Source: Ichthyobacteriaceae bacterium (GTDB lineage: Bacteria; Bacteroidota; Bacteroidia; Flavobacteriales; JADGDT01). Taken from it: a stretch of DNA of 64,000 nt. The notes below the pieces were generated by a model. That model was not told the origin of the DNA. It made no database searches and saw only the letters and a list, made by a program, of their open reading frames with translations. Shown here in pieces: positions 49,213-58,809 of the stretch. The stretch's first letter is position 1. Each line of letters opens with the position of its first letter. The stretch is taken from the NCBI GenBank assembly GCA_016744755.1, contig JADGDT010000002.1:12302-76301 (forward strand), in the 5' to 3' direction. Position numbers and translations under genes: made by a program.

Positions 49213-51783
49213 TTAAAATGAATATTTTACGGATACCATAACTTGGTTTGGACGTATTATATAATAACTTTCAATCAAAGCATATGAACTTATTGAGTAG
49301 TTCTTGAATGTTTTATAATTGAATATATTTATCCATTTTAATTCAAGTTTGAATTCTTTACTGAGTTTATACTTGTATGAAAGATCGAAAAAATAACTTG
49401 TATATCCATCTCTAAAATATAAATCGTTCACAAATGTTATACTGTGATTTTTAGAAGGATATATATTTACATTTGAAGTTATACTTTCTTGCGAAAAACT
49501 ACCTGAGGTGTTACTACTAGTTGTTTTTCCAAACATATAAGTTCCTTCTAAAAACACATCGAAATACTCATTTACTAAGCTAGATGCCTTTAATTTGAAT
49601 ATAGTACTTTGAGAAGTAACATCACTAATAGTATTATTTATATACATTTCATTGTTTGATAAATTGGCTTGAGCATCAAATTTTAAACTTGTATTAATAT
49701 TGCTAAAGTATTTGTTTACACTGTATGAAATATTGTGATTTATACCTGAATTCTCATTATTAATAGCTCCAATTAATGAATTTCCTGAGTTGTCAATACT
49801 TGATGTTTCAATGGTATTTCTCATTATAGCAGAGTAATTATAGTATAAATGACTAAATACGGAATATAAGGGGTTATTATAAATTAAACCCGCACTATAA
49901 GTCTTTCTATTTTTAATTGGTATATCGGTAGAATATTTAGCTAAGGTTCTATAATCCTTTAAAATCGGATTGAAAAATAGTTTGTCAATATTACCTATAA
50001 CATTATTATTTCTATAGCTTAAAGTTGATTTAAGTTTTCCTGTTAGTTGATATTTAAAATATATTCTAGGCTCAAAAAATATTTTACTTAAATTCTTATT
50101 TACACTTTCTTTATTTTCCTCAATATTATAATTTCTATAGTTTATTGGAATATTTACTTCTAGTTTAAACCTTCCCTTTTCATATATTACTGATGTCTCT
50201 ATATAACTATTATAATCAAACCAAGTAATATTATTTTCTATTGGCAATGTAGCATTGGTGAGATTTGAAATCAGATTATTATAAGTAGTTGAGACTCCAA
50301 TCTCATAAGAGAGTATTAATCTTTTATAACTATTGGTGTAACCAAGCTTAGTCATAGAGTAAAGAGTATTTAAATCTATTAACTGTGAACTATAAAGGTT
50401 ATTATTTACTTTTGAAACATTTAAAGTTTGAGGTGTTTGAATATAGCTTATAAAAGAATTAAACTTTATAAAGTCATTATTTATTGGTTTTAATATCCTG
50501 AGATTATTACTTATAGATAAATGTTTAATATCTACTTTTTGTTTTATTGTATCACCCTCATTTTCAAGCAAACCATTTTTATTTTCTTGTGATACATTAA
50601 TGTTTAATTTGTTTTTTAAGAAAATATCATCGGTATTCTTTTCTAATACAAATTCTGTTTTCAGGTAGTTAGAATTCACCTTGTTAATGAATATTTCTTC
50701 TACATAAATTGTATCATTAGGTGTAAAATAAGAAGTATTCTTTCCTCCTTTATTCTCACTAAAATCATTTAAAAGAGAAGCATTAAATTTAAATTCTACA
50801 TCATTTCCAAGCTTAGTAATAAAGTTAGTAGATAATATGTTCGAATTATTAAACAAGAAGCGATTAGTGTTGAATTGAGGTAATGAAATATTTTGTAATG
50901 ATACCCAATCTTTTTTTTCGGTATTGTAATCTAACTTATTAACTAGTTCATCAATAGTTAATACCTCTACCTGTTTTGATATGTCATCTCCGATATTATT
51001 ACTCATTAACGAAACTAAAAATTGCTTATTCTTAGCAATTATAATTGGAGTAAAATTCATATCATGTATCAATGGACTAACACCTAACCCTAAATTTGCT
51101 GTACCAGTAGTTGTAACAGAATTTTTTAACTTAATATTAATTGATGCTTTATCGCTACCATAATTTTTTAATACTTTTAATGGCTGATGATTTTCTAATA
51201 CTTGCACTGTAGCAACAGAATTTGCAGATAGATTTGCATTCGCCAAATTGTACCTACCTTCAAGCATATCTAACCCCTCGATGTAGTATTTTTCTATGGC
51301 TTTACCTTCGTATAGGATTTTACCATTGTTCAGCACTTCTATCCCTGGCATTTTAGAAAGTACATCAATTAATTTTACGTCATTTTTACCTTTAAAAGAA
51401 GATACCGAATAATTAAGTGTATCACCTTTTCTAACAATTGGTTTCGCTTTTAATACAACTTCTTTTAATTTATTGATTTTTGGAGTAAGATAGAAATTGT
51501 AACTTACTGTAGATAGAGGTAAAACAATTTTCTCTTTCGAATAATTAATACTATAAGCCTGTAGAGTAATAGAATCGGAATCAGATTTTATTGAGATACT
51601 ATAATCCCCATTTGAATCGCTAATACAATATGCAAGAATATTGTCATTATTTAGGGCAACTATATTTACACCTTCAATATAACTTCCGTTTTCAGTAAAC
51701 ACTCTTCCTGTTATTTTGGTTTGTGAATTTACTAAAAACGGTAAAATAAATAAAACCGTAAAAATTATATTTGACTTTGTCAA
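49213..51783 (-). CDS. Outer-membrane beta-barrel protein with an N-terminal CarboxypepD_reg domain (TonB-dependent-receptor-like)
   Basis: Signal peptide, 'KITGRVFTENGSYIEGVNIVAL...SDSNGDYSI', a plug-like region, and a long beta-strand-patterned C-terminus ending '...VSVKYSF'. Confidence 0.7.
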   Translation of the reverse strand: MTKSNIIFTVLFILPFLVNSQTKITGRVFTENGSYIEGVNIVALNNDNILAYCISDSNGDYSISIKSDSDSITLQAYSINYSKEKIVLPLSTVSYNFYLTPKINKLKEVVLKAKPIVRKGDTLNYSVSSFKGKNDVKLIDVLSKMPGIEVLNNGKILYEGKAIEKYYIEGLDMLEGRYNLANANLSANSVATVQVLENHQPLKVLKNYGSDKASINIKLKNSVTTTGTANLGLGVSPLIHDMNFTPIIIAKNKQFLVSLMSNNIGDDISKQVEVLTIDELVNKLDYNTEKKDWVSLQNISLPQFNTNRFLFNNSNILSTNFITKLGNDVEFKFNASLLNDFSENKGGKNTSYFTPNDTIYVEEIFINKVNSNYLKTEFVLEKNTDDIFLKNKLNINVSQENKNGLLENEGDTIKQKVDIKHLSISNNLRILKPINNDFIKFNSFISYIQTPQTLNVSKVNNNLYSSQLIDLNTLYSMTKLGYTNSYKRLILSYEIGVSTTYNNLISNLTNATLPIENNITWFDYNSYIETSVIYEKGRFKLEVNIPINYRNYNIEENKESVNKNLSKIFFEPRIYFKYQLTGKLKSTLSYRNNNVIGNIDKLFFNPILKDYRTLAKYSTDIPIKNRKTYSAGLIYNNPLYSVFSHLYYNYSAIMRNTIETSSIDNSGNSLIGAINNENSGINHNISYSVNKYFSNINTSLKFDAQANLSNNEMYINNTISDVTSQSTIFKLKASSLVNEYFDVFLEGTYMFGKTTSSNTSGSFSQESITSNVNIYPSKNHSITFVNDLYFRDGYTSYFFDLSYKYKLSKEFKLELKWINIFNYKTFKNYSISSYALIESYYIIRPNQVMVSVKYSF

Positions 51784-51800
51784 TGTATTGCTATGGATTA

Positions 51801-52604
51801 TTATTTAAGTTCTATTGGGTTGTTATTCTTTTTCAACTGCTTTTTTACATGTAATTTATCATCAGCAGAATGGGATTGCATAGCATAGTCACTTGCTATT
51901 TTTTTCAACGCTATTCTTTGAATTGCACAATAGTTTTCTCTACTTGTATTACTGTAAAATATCTTATTCTCTGGATACAAAATCTCAGTTTCTTTTATTG
52001 TTTTTTCAAAGCTATTCAATTCAAAAGTATAATGATTTTTTGTGTCATAAATTTTAATAATTAAACCAGGTAGTCCCGAAAATTTGTAAGGGCCATCTCT
52101 AAAAGGTATTTCGGTTGTAAACCAAGCTTCGTATTCTCTACCTCCATAGTTGCATGTAGCTAGTTGACATTTATATCCACTTATTACTTTGTTATCTCTC
52201 TTTAAAGTCCAATTAAAATCATTGATTTTTTCATTGATACAAAACTTGCCACCCGAAAAAGTCTTATCATAATAATTTATTTCATTCTTATTATAATCCT
52301 TTATTATGTTGTAATTAAATTTTGTTGTGGGCATATCTGATGGTATTACAAGCTTACCTGTTTTCTTGTAACTAGCTATAATTAATTGATCAAGTGAATC
52401 CTTAAATGTTGATATTTTACTATAAAAAATAGAATTATCACTACCTATATTAAGTATCATAACTTCAGTATTCATATTATCTATAACTGTAGAATCTCGA
52501 GTATATGTAATACTGTACTCTGCCACATACTTTGTTGTATCAATAGTTTGTGCAGAAATATTTATTGCAAAAAATGTAACTAGAATTAATGTGTATTTCA
52601 TCAT
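51801..52604 (-). CDS. GLPGLI family protein
   Basis: Signal peptide and the family signature 'FSGLPGLIIKIYD'. Start taken at the MMKYTL methionines. Confidence 0.8.
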   Translation of the reverse strand: MMKYTLILVTFFAINISAQTIDTTKYVAEYSITYTRDSTVIDNMNTEVMILNIGSDNSIFYSKISTFKDSLDQLIIASYKKTGKLVIPSDMPTTKFNYNIIKDYNKNEINYYDKTFSGGKFCINEKINDFNWTLKRDNKVISGYKCQLATCNYGGREYEAWFTTEIPFRDGPYKFSGLPGLIIKIYDTKNHYTFELNSFEKTIKETEILYPENKIFYSNTSRENYCAIQRIALKKIASDYAMQSHSADDKLHVKKQLKKNNNPIELK

Positions 52605-52671
52605 TATGTTATATATATTAAAAAATTCAACAAGCATACATTATTATATGCTTGTTGATTACTTAAATTAG

Positions 52672-52878
52672 TTAGCAAACTGCATCTTGAAATCCTCTGA
52701 GATTATCTAGTTGTTCCTGAACAGTATTCCCACATGCATGGTAAGGCACACCGCATTTGGTTGTAGCACTAGCACACCCCCACTTACTTGTTGAAACCGA
52801 AGCCTCTACATTATTTGGCATAAAACTAAAAGCACCCAATCCAAGAGCAAATGCTCCAATTAAAAATTTCTTTTTCAT
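52672..52878 (-). CDS. Small secreted four-cysteine peptide precursor (68 aa)
   Basis: Sequence: MKKKFLIGAFALGLGAFSFMPNNVEA|SVSTSKWGCASATTKCGVPYHACGNTVQEQLDNLRGFQDAVC. It has a Sec-type signal peptide with an AxA-like site. The internal ATG at 52878 is preferred over the 108-aa ORF-track start. Confidence 0.6.
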   Translation of the reverse strand: MKKKFLIGAFALGLGAFSFMPNNVEASVSTSKWGCASATTKCGVPYHACGNTVQEQLDNLRGFQDAVC

Positions 52879-52988
52879 TTTAAAAGATTTTTGAATTAAT
52901 AAAAATAGTTTTAATCTCAATTGAGTGAGTTGCAACTCATTGTTAACAGAGGCTAAACTATATAATTCAAAAACAACTGGGGTTATGA

Positions 52989-53012
52989 TTAACCTCAAAA
53001 GAATTACGGTTT
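52989..53012 (-). promoter_or_regulatory. Operator-like motif upstream of the peptide gene
   Basis: TTAACCTCAAAAGAATTACGGTTT (plus-strand reading) matches 56005-56028 at 20 of 24 positions. It lies 111-134 nt upstream of the ATG at 52878. Confidence 0.45.
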
Positions 53013-53057
53013 TTCATTACTTATAATTGGATTATTTTTCGTAAGGATAATATATAT

Positions 53058-53720
53058 TTATAAAAAACCTCTATTTTTAGCTTCTTCTATTAGTGCAAAA
53101 TCAGATTCTTTCTCTACTCCAAATAATATTTTAATTCTTCTTTTCCTTTTTTCTATTGTACTTATTGAAAGGTTTACTACATCTTTAAGGTTCTTGGTAG
53201 TTTTTCCCTTTGAAATATAATATAATATAGCTTGGTCAGTTTTGTCTATACTAGATTTTAGACTAAAGGTTCTTTTTGTTTTTGATAATATTGAAGAACT
53301 ATAACATGGAGGAGACGTTACTATTTCGATAAATGACGATATTAATGTATTAGGACTAATATCATTTTTTACAAGTATCCCTTCGGGGTTAATATCATTT
53401 ATAATATTATCAATCTGAAACTGGTCGTTAATCATTGTCAGAAATACAGTTTTTGGATGCTGTATTTTCTTCTTGACCTCAATTGCCAATTGGATACCAT
53501 TTTTTATATTGTACTCTACAGATTCAGGCATACTAATATCATAAAAAATTACATCGAATTTATCTGTAGGGTTATCCTCTATAATATAACGATAAGCATC
53601 GTCAATACTTGTTTTTATATGTACATTAACTTTGTACTTATCACATCTTTCGAGTGTAGTTTTATATCCTTCCAATATCATTGGATGGTCATCAATAAAT
53701 AATACTTCAAGTGTTTTCAT
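53058..53720 (-). CDS. LuxR/NarL-family response regulator
   Basis: Receiver domain 'VLFIDDHPMILEGY ... DVIFYDISMP' and a C-terminal HTH 'DQAILYYISKGKTTKNLKDVVNLSISTIEKRKRRI'. Confidence 0.85.
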   Translation of the reverse strand: MKTLEVLFIDDHPMILEGYKTTLERCDKYKVNVHIKTSIDDAYRYIIEDNPTDKFDVIFYDISMPESVEYNIKNGIQLAIEVKKKIQHPKTVFLTMINDQFQIDNIINDINPEGILVKNDISPNTLISSFIEIVTSPPCYSSSILSKTKRTFSLKSSIDKTDQAILYYISKGKTTKNLKDVVNLSISTIEKRKRRIKILFGVEKESDFALIEEAKNRGFL

Positions 53721-53721
53721 A

Positions 53722-55719
53722 TTAATTCACGTTTATTGGGATTTTTAAAAATATTTTAGTTCCATTATTTGGCGAGCTGATAATTTCTAATAAAGCATCT
53801 ATTTCTTTTGCTCTTTCTTTGATGTTTATTAGTCCTATGCCTTTGTTTTTAGAATCAGTTACAAATCCAATACCATCATCTATTATTTCTAAAATAAGAT
53901 TATTTTCAGATGAATAATACTTAACAACAACGTTACGGGATTTAGCATGTTTAATAATATTCATCAATGACTCCTGAATAATCCTATAAATATTTATCTT
54001 GATTTTATCGTTTACTATATTCCAGTATTCAAAATCATCATAATGGTTGGAGTTAATTCTATATGAGGATAGCATTTCATCTAATAAGGTTTTGGTCGCT
54101 TTCGATATGTCTGAGTCAATCCTCTTTTTCATTTCGTGAGAAATATCTCTTATTTCTAACTCAATTTCTTTAAGTGTGTTAATATATTTGATACTCTTAT
54201 CGTTGCTATATAATTCTAAATTATATCTTACACCAAAAATTTTAGATAAAATATTATCATGAAGTTCCTTTGATATATTATCGTTAACAGACTTTCTAGC
54301 TTTGTTGATATTAATTTTTTCCTTTGCTAGCAAATTCTGTATTTTTTCATTTAACTCATTCTCTTTTAATATCCTATCAAGTATAATGCGTTGTTTAGAA
54401 TATAGATATATCGCTCCTATTAAAACAAAAAGAGTAGCCACTGCAAAAATTAACCAATAATTTTTCTTCTCCAATACTTCTGACTTTGAAATATATTGGT
54501 CGGTTTCCATTCTAATTCTACCTAACTTATTTCTAACCTTTCTATCGTTTATATCTATTGAATCTTTTAGAGATAAATACATATTAGAATACATCTTTGC
54601 ATTTAAAGTATCTACATCAATTAATTGTTTCAAGCTCTTTAGCCTTAGAATATTATTATTCGACTTAGTCGATAATAATAGAGCATTTTTTGCTTTATCT
54701 GTTGCTTCAGTATGGTTCTTTTTATCTTCAAATATTTCTGATAGATATAGCCTATTTGCTATTACTCCAGCTGTATCATTTATATTTTGCTTAAATAAAT
54801 AATTCTCTTTTATGTCTTCTATTGAGTTATTTTTAATGTTAGCTTTAAATTTAGCAAAAGCTAAATTGTCTGAAAGTTTAATATATAATTTGGGATTTGA
54901 ATTTACTAGACCTACATAATTTAGAGCATCTTTAAAATTAATAATTGCTTTTAAGTATTCATTTTTAGATGAATAAACAACTCCAATGTTGTTATTTATC
55001 GTAGAGAGATGTAATGAATCTAATTCATTAATATATTCCTTTGACTGATTATAATACTTTATTGCTATGTCATGATTTTTTATATCATGATTGATACTTC
55101 CTAATAAAGTATAACAATTAGCTGTTTTTTTCTTTTCATGAAAATCATCGAATATTGTTAAAGCTTCGTAAGAATCATTCTCAGCTTCATTATATTGGTG
55201 TAAATCCAACTGTACTAAAGATAACCTATATAATATTTTTGCAGAGTTTAATAAATCATTTTTTTTCTCATATAGTTTATACGACTTACTAAAGTTAATA
55301 AAGGATTCAAGTTTTAAACCAACATCATCATACAGGTACCCTTTATATTTATATGCTTTGGCGAGTGTCAAAGTGTCACTTAATCTTATTGAATGTTGTA
55401 TTGAATTTTCAATAAGATTGTTGAAACTATTAATATCCTTTAGGAGGTATGCAGAATAGGATAACTTTATAATATAAAAACTTCGGATAGAATCGTTCAG
55501 CCTTTTATTATCTAAATAATTTATTCCTTGATATAGGGCAAATTGGCGATTTTTATTATCAATTGATGGGTTTCTTGATTGCTTTAGGAAAAATGATAAA
55601 CTATCTGAATGCTCTAAATCATTTGAATTAATATATCTACTTTCATTAGTACAAGAAATATTCAAAATTTCAAATACTATGAATATTATTGTAATATATA
55701 ATATTGGAGTTCTTTTCAT
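53722..55719 (-). CDS. TPR-repeat sensor histidine kinase (HisKA_3 type)
   Basis: Signal/TM segment, ~400 aa of TPR-like repeats, TM 'YWLIFAVATLFVLIGAIYLY', H-box 'SKELHDNILSKIF', and ATPase motifs 'IIDDGIGF' and 'GIGLINIKERA'. Its stop lies 1 nt from the regulator start. Confidence 0.85.
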   Translation of the reverse strand: MKRTPILYITIIFIVFEILNISCTNESRYINSNDLEHSDSLSFFLKQSRNPSIDNKNRQFALYQGINYLDNKRLNDSIRSFYIIKLSYSAYLLKDINSFNNLIENSIQHSIRLSDTLTLAKAYKYKGYLYDDVGLKLESFINFSKSYKLYEKKNDLLNSAKILYRLSLVQLDLHQYNEAENDSYEALTIFDDFHEKKKTANCYTLLGSINHDIKNHDIAIKYYNQSKEYINELDSLHLSTINNNIGVVYSSKNEYLKAIINFKDALNYVGLVNSNPKLYIKLSDNLAFAKFKANIKNNSIEDIKENYLFKQNINDTAGVIANRLYLSEIFEDKKNHTEATDKAKNALLLSTKSNNNILRLKSLKQLIDVDTLNAKMYSNMYLSLKDSIDINDRKVRNKLGRIRMETDQYISKSEVLEKKNYWLIFAVATLFVLIGAIYLYSKQRIILDRILKENELNEKIQNLLAKEKININKARKSVNDNISKELHDNILSKIFGVRYNLELYSNDKSIKYINTLKEIELEIRDISHEMKKRIDSDISKATKTLLDEMLSSYRINSNHYDDFEYWNIVNDKIKINIYRIIQESLMNIIKHAKSRNVVVKYYSSENNLILEIIDDGIGFVTDSKNKGIGLINIKERAKEIDALLEIISSPNNGTKIFLKIPINVN

Positions 55720-55775
55720 TTTGTTTGATTTGTGGTTCTAAAAGTAAAAGATAAAAACCACAAATCAAACCTATT

Positions 55776-55940
55776 TTATTCTTCACTATCTTTTGGATTC
55801 TCTTTCATACCATCATCAGCAGTTTGCCTACTTAACATGATTTCTTCTTTATTGGGTAATGTTTTAATATCTTCTTTAGTACATGAAGAAATACTTATTG
55901 ATAATAGAGTAAGTGCAATAATAATTTTGAATATTTTCAT
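55776..55940 (-). CDS. Small lipoprotein (54 aa), not in the ORF track
   Basis: The reverse strand reads MKIFKIIIALTLLSISISSC|TKEDIKTLPNKEEIMLSRQTADDGMKENPKDSEE*, with lipobox ISSC. It ends 56 nt upstream of the kinase start. Confidence 0.5.
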   Translation of the reverse strand: MKIFKIIIALTLLSISISSCTKEDIKTLPNKEEIMLSRQTADDGMKENPKDSEE

Positions 55941-56004
55941 GGTTAAATAATTTGATAATTAATTTGACCAAATCTATATTCTTATTAAGAAACACCTTTA
56001 CGGT

Positions 56005-56028
56005 TTAACCTCATAATTATTACGGTTA
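56005..56028 (-). promoter_or_regulatory. Operator-like motif upstream of the lipoprotein/kinase operon
   Basis: TTAACCTCATAATTATTACGGTTA contains the inverted repeat TTAACC-N13-GGTTAA. TTACGGTT recurs at 55998 and 56020, 22 nt apart. The motif lies 65-88 nt upstream of the ATG at 55940. Confidence 0.45.
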
Positions 56029-56201
56029 AACGGAATTTTTTGATAGATATATTTCATATACAAGTCCTTTTATTATAAAAAATACTCTCCACAAACACAA
56101 CACCTATATTACTGAACTTTCGTTACTAATATTACTTGTACAAATACACATTAAAATAACTCTCAATATATATTTGAATTAAGTGAGAATATCTCAAAAA
56201 A

Positions 56202-57512
56202 CTAAACTTTAACTTCTACTCTAAGAATATCTTTTGTAGAACTCGTGACTTTAAACCTTTCGTCTAGCCTCTTCCCTATTATCCAAACTATTTTATTGTC
56301 AGAAACTAGCAACCACTGATTATCCTTATCTACAAGTGAATATTTTTCATCTTTAAAATATTTACTCAATTTCTTTTTCCCCTTCATCCCTTGTGGATAA
56401 AAAAAATCTCCTTCCTCCCACTTTCGCAATTTTAGAGGAAATTTAAGTTTTAACCTATCTAGTTGTGCTATTGTAGAATTTGTATTCTCTTCAAAATTTT
56501 GAGTTTGTTTTAATTGAAGATGAATCGGATAAATTAATTCAACCGTTTTTCCTTTTATGTAAAAAACGTCTTCCTTATGCTCTCTTATTTCTTCCAAAAT
56601 AAGTTTATTTCTATCTTTCACAATTCTGTGAGTAGCCGAAAAATATTCTTTTCCCGATTCTAAATCAAAACTATTAATTACATCCTCTATATTATTAAAG
56701 CCATAGGGTTTTAACTTTTCTCTTAAAACTGTTTCGAAAGCTACAATCTCTTTTAGCTTAAGAATATCAATCTCAACAACCTCTTCTTTCTCTTTCCAGA
56801 AATCGTAATTTAAATTTTCTAAATATGCATTTTGAATTAATTCTGTCTGCCTTAAATTTGATATAGTTTTTGTGAACGATTCTAAAAAAGAAGGATTCAA
56901 TTGTTCGAAAACAGGAACTAATTTATGCCTAATTTTATTTCTCTTATAAACAATATCAGCATTAGATAAATCATCTCTCCAATCTAAACCTACATCTGTT
57001 GCAAATTCTTCAATTTCATTTCTAGAAATCTGTAACAATGGTCTAATTATTTTCCCATTAACATCTTCCATCCCCGTTAAACCCGTAATTCCAGTGCCTC
57101 TAGAAAGGTTCATCAATACAGTTTCTATATTATCGTTTAGGTGATGGGCAACTGCTATAAAATCAAAATTGTAATCCTCTGTTAATTTATTAAACCAATC
57201 GTATCTCAAATCTCTAGCTGCCATTTCTATAGAAATTTTTCTTTCTTTAGCTATAGAATTAGTATCAAAAGAAGTTTTAAAAAGTGGTAGATTATTCTCC
57301 TGAGCCCATTGTGTTACAAAACTTTCATCTTCATCGGAATGCTTACCTCTTAGATTAAAATTAACATGGGCAAGGGTAAGGTTGTATCCTAACTCTTTAA
57401 GAAGATACCCCAACCCCATACTGTCGAGACCACCGCTTATTCCTAGTAATATTTTCTTTCCTTTAATAAATGGAAATATAGAATCTATATGTTTTTCAAG
57501 TTTCTTAATCAT
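56202..57512 (-). CDS. tilS: tRNA(Ile)-lysidine synthetase
   Basis: PP-loop 'LLGISGGLDSMG'; 436 aa. It overlaps pabB by 8 nt. Confidence 0.9.
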   Translation of the reverse strand: MIKKLEKHIDSIFPFIKGKKILLGISGGLDSMGLGYLLKELGYNLTLAHVNFNLRGKHSDEDESFVTQWAQENNLPLFKTSFDTNSIAKERKISIEMAARDLRYDWFNKLTEDYNFDFIAVAHHLNDNIETVLMNLSRGTGITGLTGMEDVNGKIIRPLLQISRNEIEEFATDVGLDWRDDLSNADIVYKRNKIRHKLVPVFEQLNPSFLESFTKTISNLRQTELIQNAYLENLNYDFWKEKEEVVEIDILKLKEIVAFETVLREKLKPYGFNNIEDVINSFDLESGKEYFSATHRIVKDRNKLILEEIREHKEDVFYIKGKTVELIYPIHLQLKQTQNFEENTNSTIAQLDRLKLKFPLKLRKWEEGDFFYPQGMKGKKKLSKYFKDEKYSLVDKDNQWLLVSDNKIVWIIGKRLDERFKVTSSTKDILRVEVKV

Positions 57513-58809
57513 GTTTCAATATCTTAAACATAGCATCTGCTTTAAGCATAGTTTCTTCAAATTCTTTTTCAGGATCAGATTTTGAAGTAATTGCACCACC
57601 AACGGTAAACGAAAGATAGTGCTTATCTGCGTTATATAAAATTGATCGGATAATTACATTAAAATCAAAATCACCACTAGGAGAAAAATAACCAACAGAG
57701 CCCGAATACAGTCCACGTTTGGTACTTTCGTAAGTTTCTATCAACTGCATCGCTCTAATTTTAGGAGCACCCGTCATAGACCCCATAGGAAAAGCACTCC
57801 TTATAATTTCTACAGGCGATGTATTTTTATCTACAGTAGAAGTAACAGTGGAAATCATTTGATGTACCTGTTGAAAAGAATAGACTTTACACAATTCTTC
57901 CACTTCAACAGAACCTTCTATAGCTGTCTTTGATAAATCGTTTCTTACCAAGTCTACTATCATAACATTCTCTGCTCTCTCCTTAATATCTTTTTCAAGA
58001 TCCGAAATTATTTTAAAGTCCTCCTCTGAAGTCAACCCCCTTTTAGCTGTTCCTTTTATTGGTTGAGAAATAATTTTAGTCCCTGTTTTTTGTACAAATC
58101 TTTCAGGTGAAGCCGATATCAAAAAATGATTGTCTAGTTTATAGAATGAAGCAAAAGGAGGTGTTGATATTTTATTTAGCATAAAATATTTACTCACAGG
58201 ATCTATAACAGCATTTTCGGAAAAGAACTCTTGACAAAAATTTGCTTCGTATATATCCCCTCTTCTAATGTGTTTTTTCAAGCTATTTACATTTCTGACA
58301 TAAGTCTCTTTTGGAATCCTATTATGAATACGTAGCCTACTTTCTTCCACCTCTACATCAATTTCAGTATTTAAAACCTCTTCTAGGATTTCATTTATTT
58401 TCGACTCATTAGTACTTTCAAGATAAAATACCTCAAGCTTATTCCCATTCAGTAAGAAAACAACCTCAGGTTGAAAAAAATGTAATACAGGGAACTTAAT
58501 CCCGTCGTAATTTGATGATTTTAATTTTTCAACATCATTTTTAAGGTCATATGTTAGATAACCAAATATCCAATCATTAGCCTTTATCCTAAAATTCTCT
58601 AATTCATTAAAAGCCCCCTTCTCGTCATACAATTTAATTTCAGAAACAGGAAGTGTTGCACATACAAAGTCATACTTCGAGTATTTTTCTCTGTAGTTGC
58701 TAGAATCCAAAAGAACAAAAGCATCAAATTGTTGCCCCCATCTTAATAATTGCTTCTTAACATGCTGAGCATCCTTCAAACACATCTCTATTTTCTTCCT
58801 TTCTGTCAT
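57505..58809 (-). CDS. pabB: Aminodeoxychorismate synthase component I (chorismate-binding enzyme)
   Basis: 'FPMGSMTGAPKIRAM', 'RGLYSGSVGY', 'GGAIT..SDPEKE'. Confidence 0.8.
   Translation of the reverse strand: MTERKKIEMCLKDAQHVKKQLLRWGQQFDAFVLLDSSNYREKYSKYDFVCATLPVSEIKLYDEKGAFNELENFRIKANDWIFGYLTYDLKNDVEKLKSSNYDGIKFPVLHFFQPEVVFLLNGNKLEVFYLESTNESKINEILEEVLNTEIDVEVEESRLRIHNRIPKETYVRNVNSLKKHIRRGDIYEANFCQEFFSENAVIDPVSKYFMLNKISTPPFASFYKLDNHFLISASPERFVQKTGTKIISQPIKGTAKRGLTSEEDFKIISDLEKDIKERAENVMIVDLVRNDLSKTAIEGSVEVEELCKVYSFQQVHQMISTVTSTVDKNTSPVEIIRSAFPMGSMTGAPKIRAMQLIETYESTKRGLYSGSVGYFSPSGDFDFNVIIRSILYNADKHYLSFTVGGAITSKSDPEKEFEETMLKADAMFKILKHD

Noticed and set aside
52879-52998. N-terminal 40-codon extension of the small peptide ORF (108-aa version in the track).
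   Set aside because: The extension precedes a perfect MKKK-plus-hydrophobic signal peptide and would bury it. It also overlaps the shared operator-like motif region. The internal ATG at 52878 is the sensible start.
55732-55950. Plus-strand 72-aa ORF from the track.
   Set aside because: It is antisense to a better minus-strand ORF that has a canonical lipoprotein signal and is co-oriented with the downstream kinase. The plus-strand product is low-complexity and has no context.
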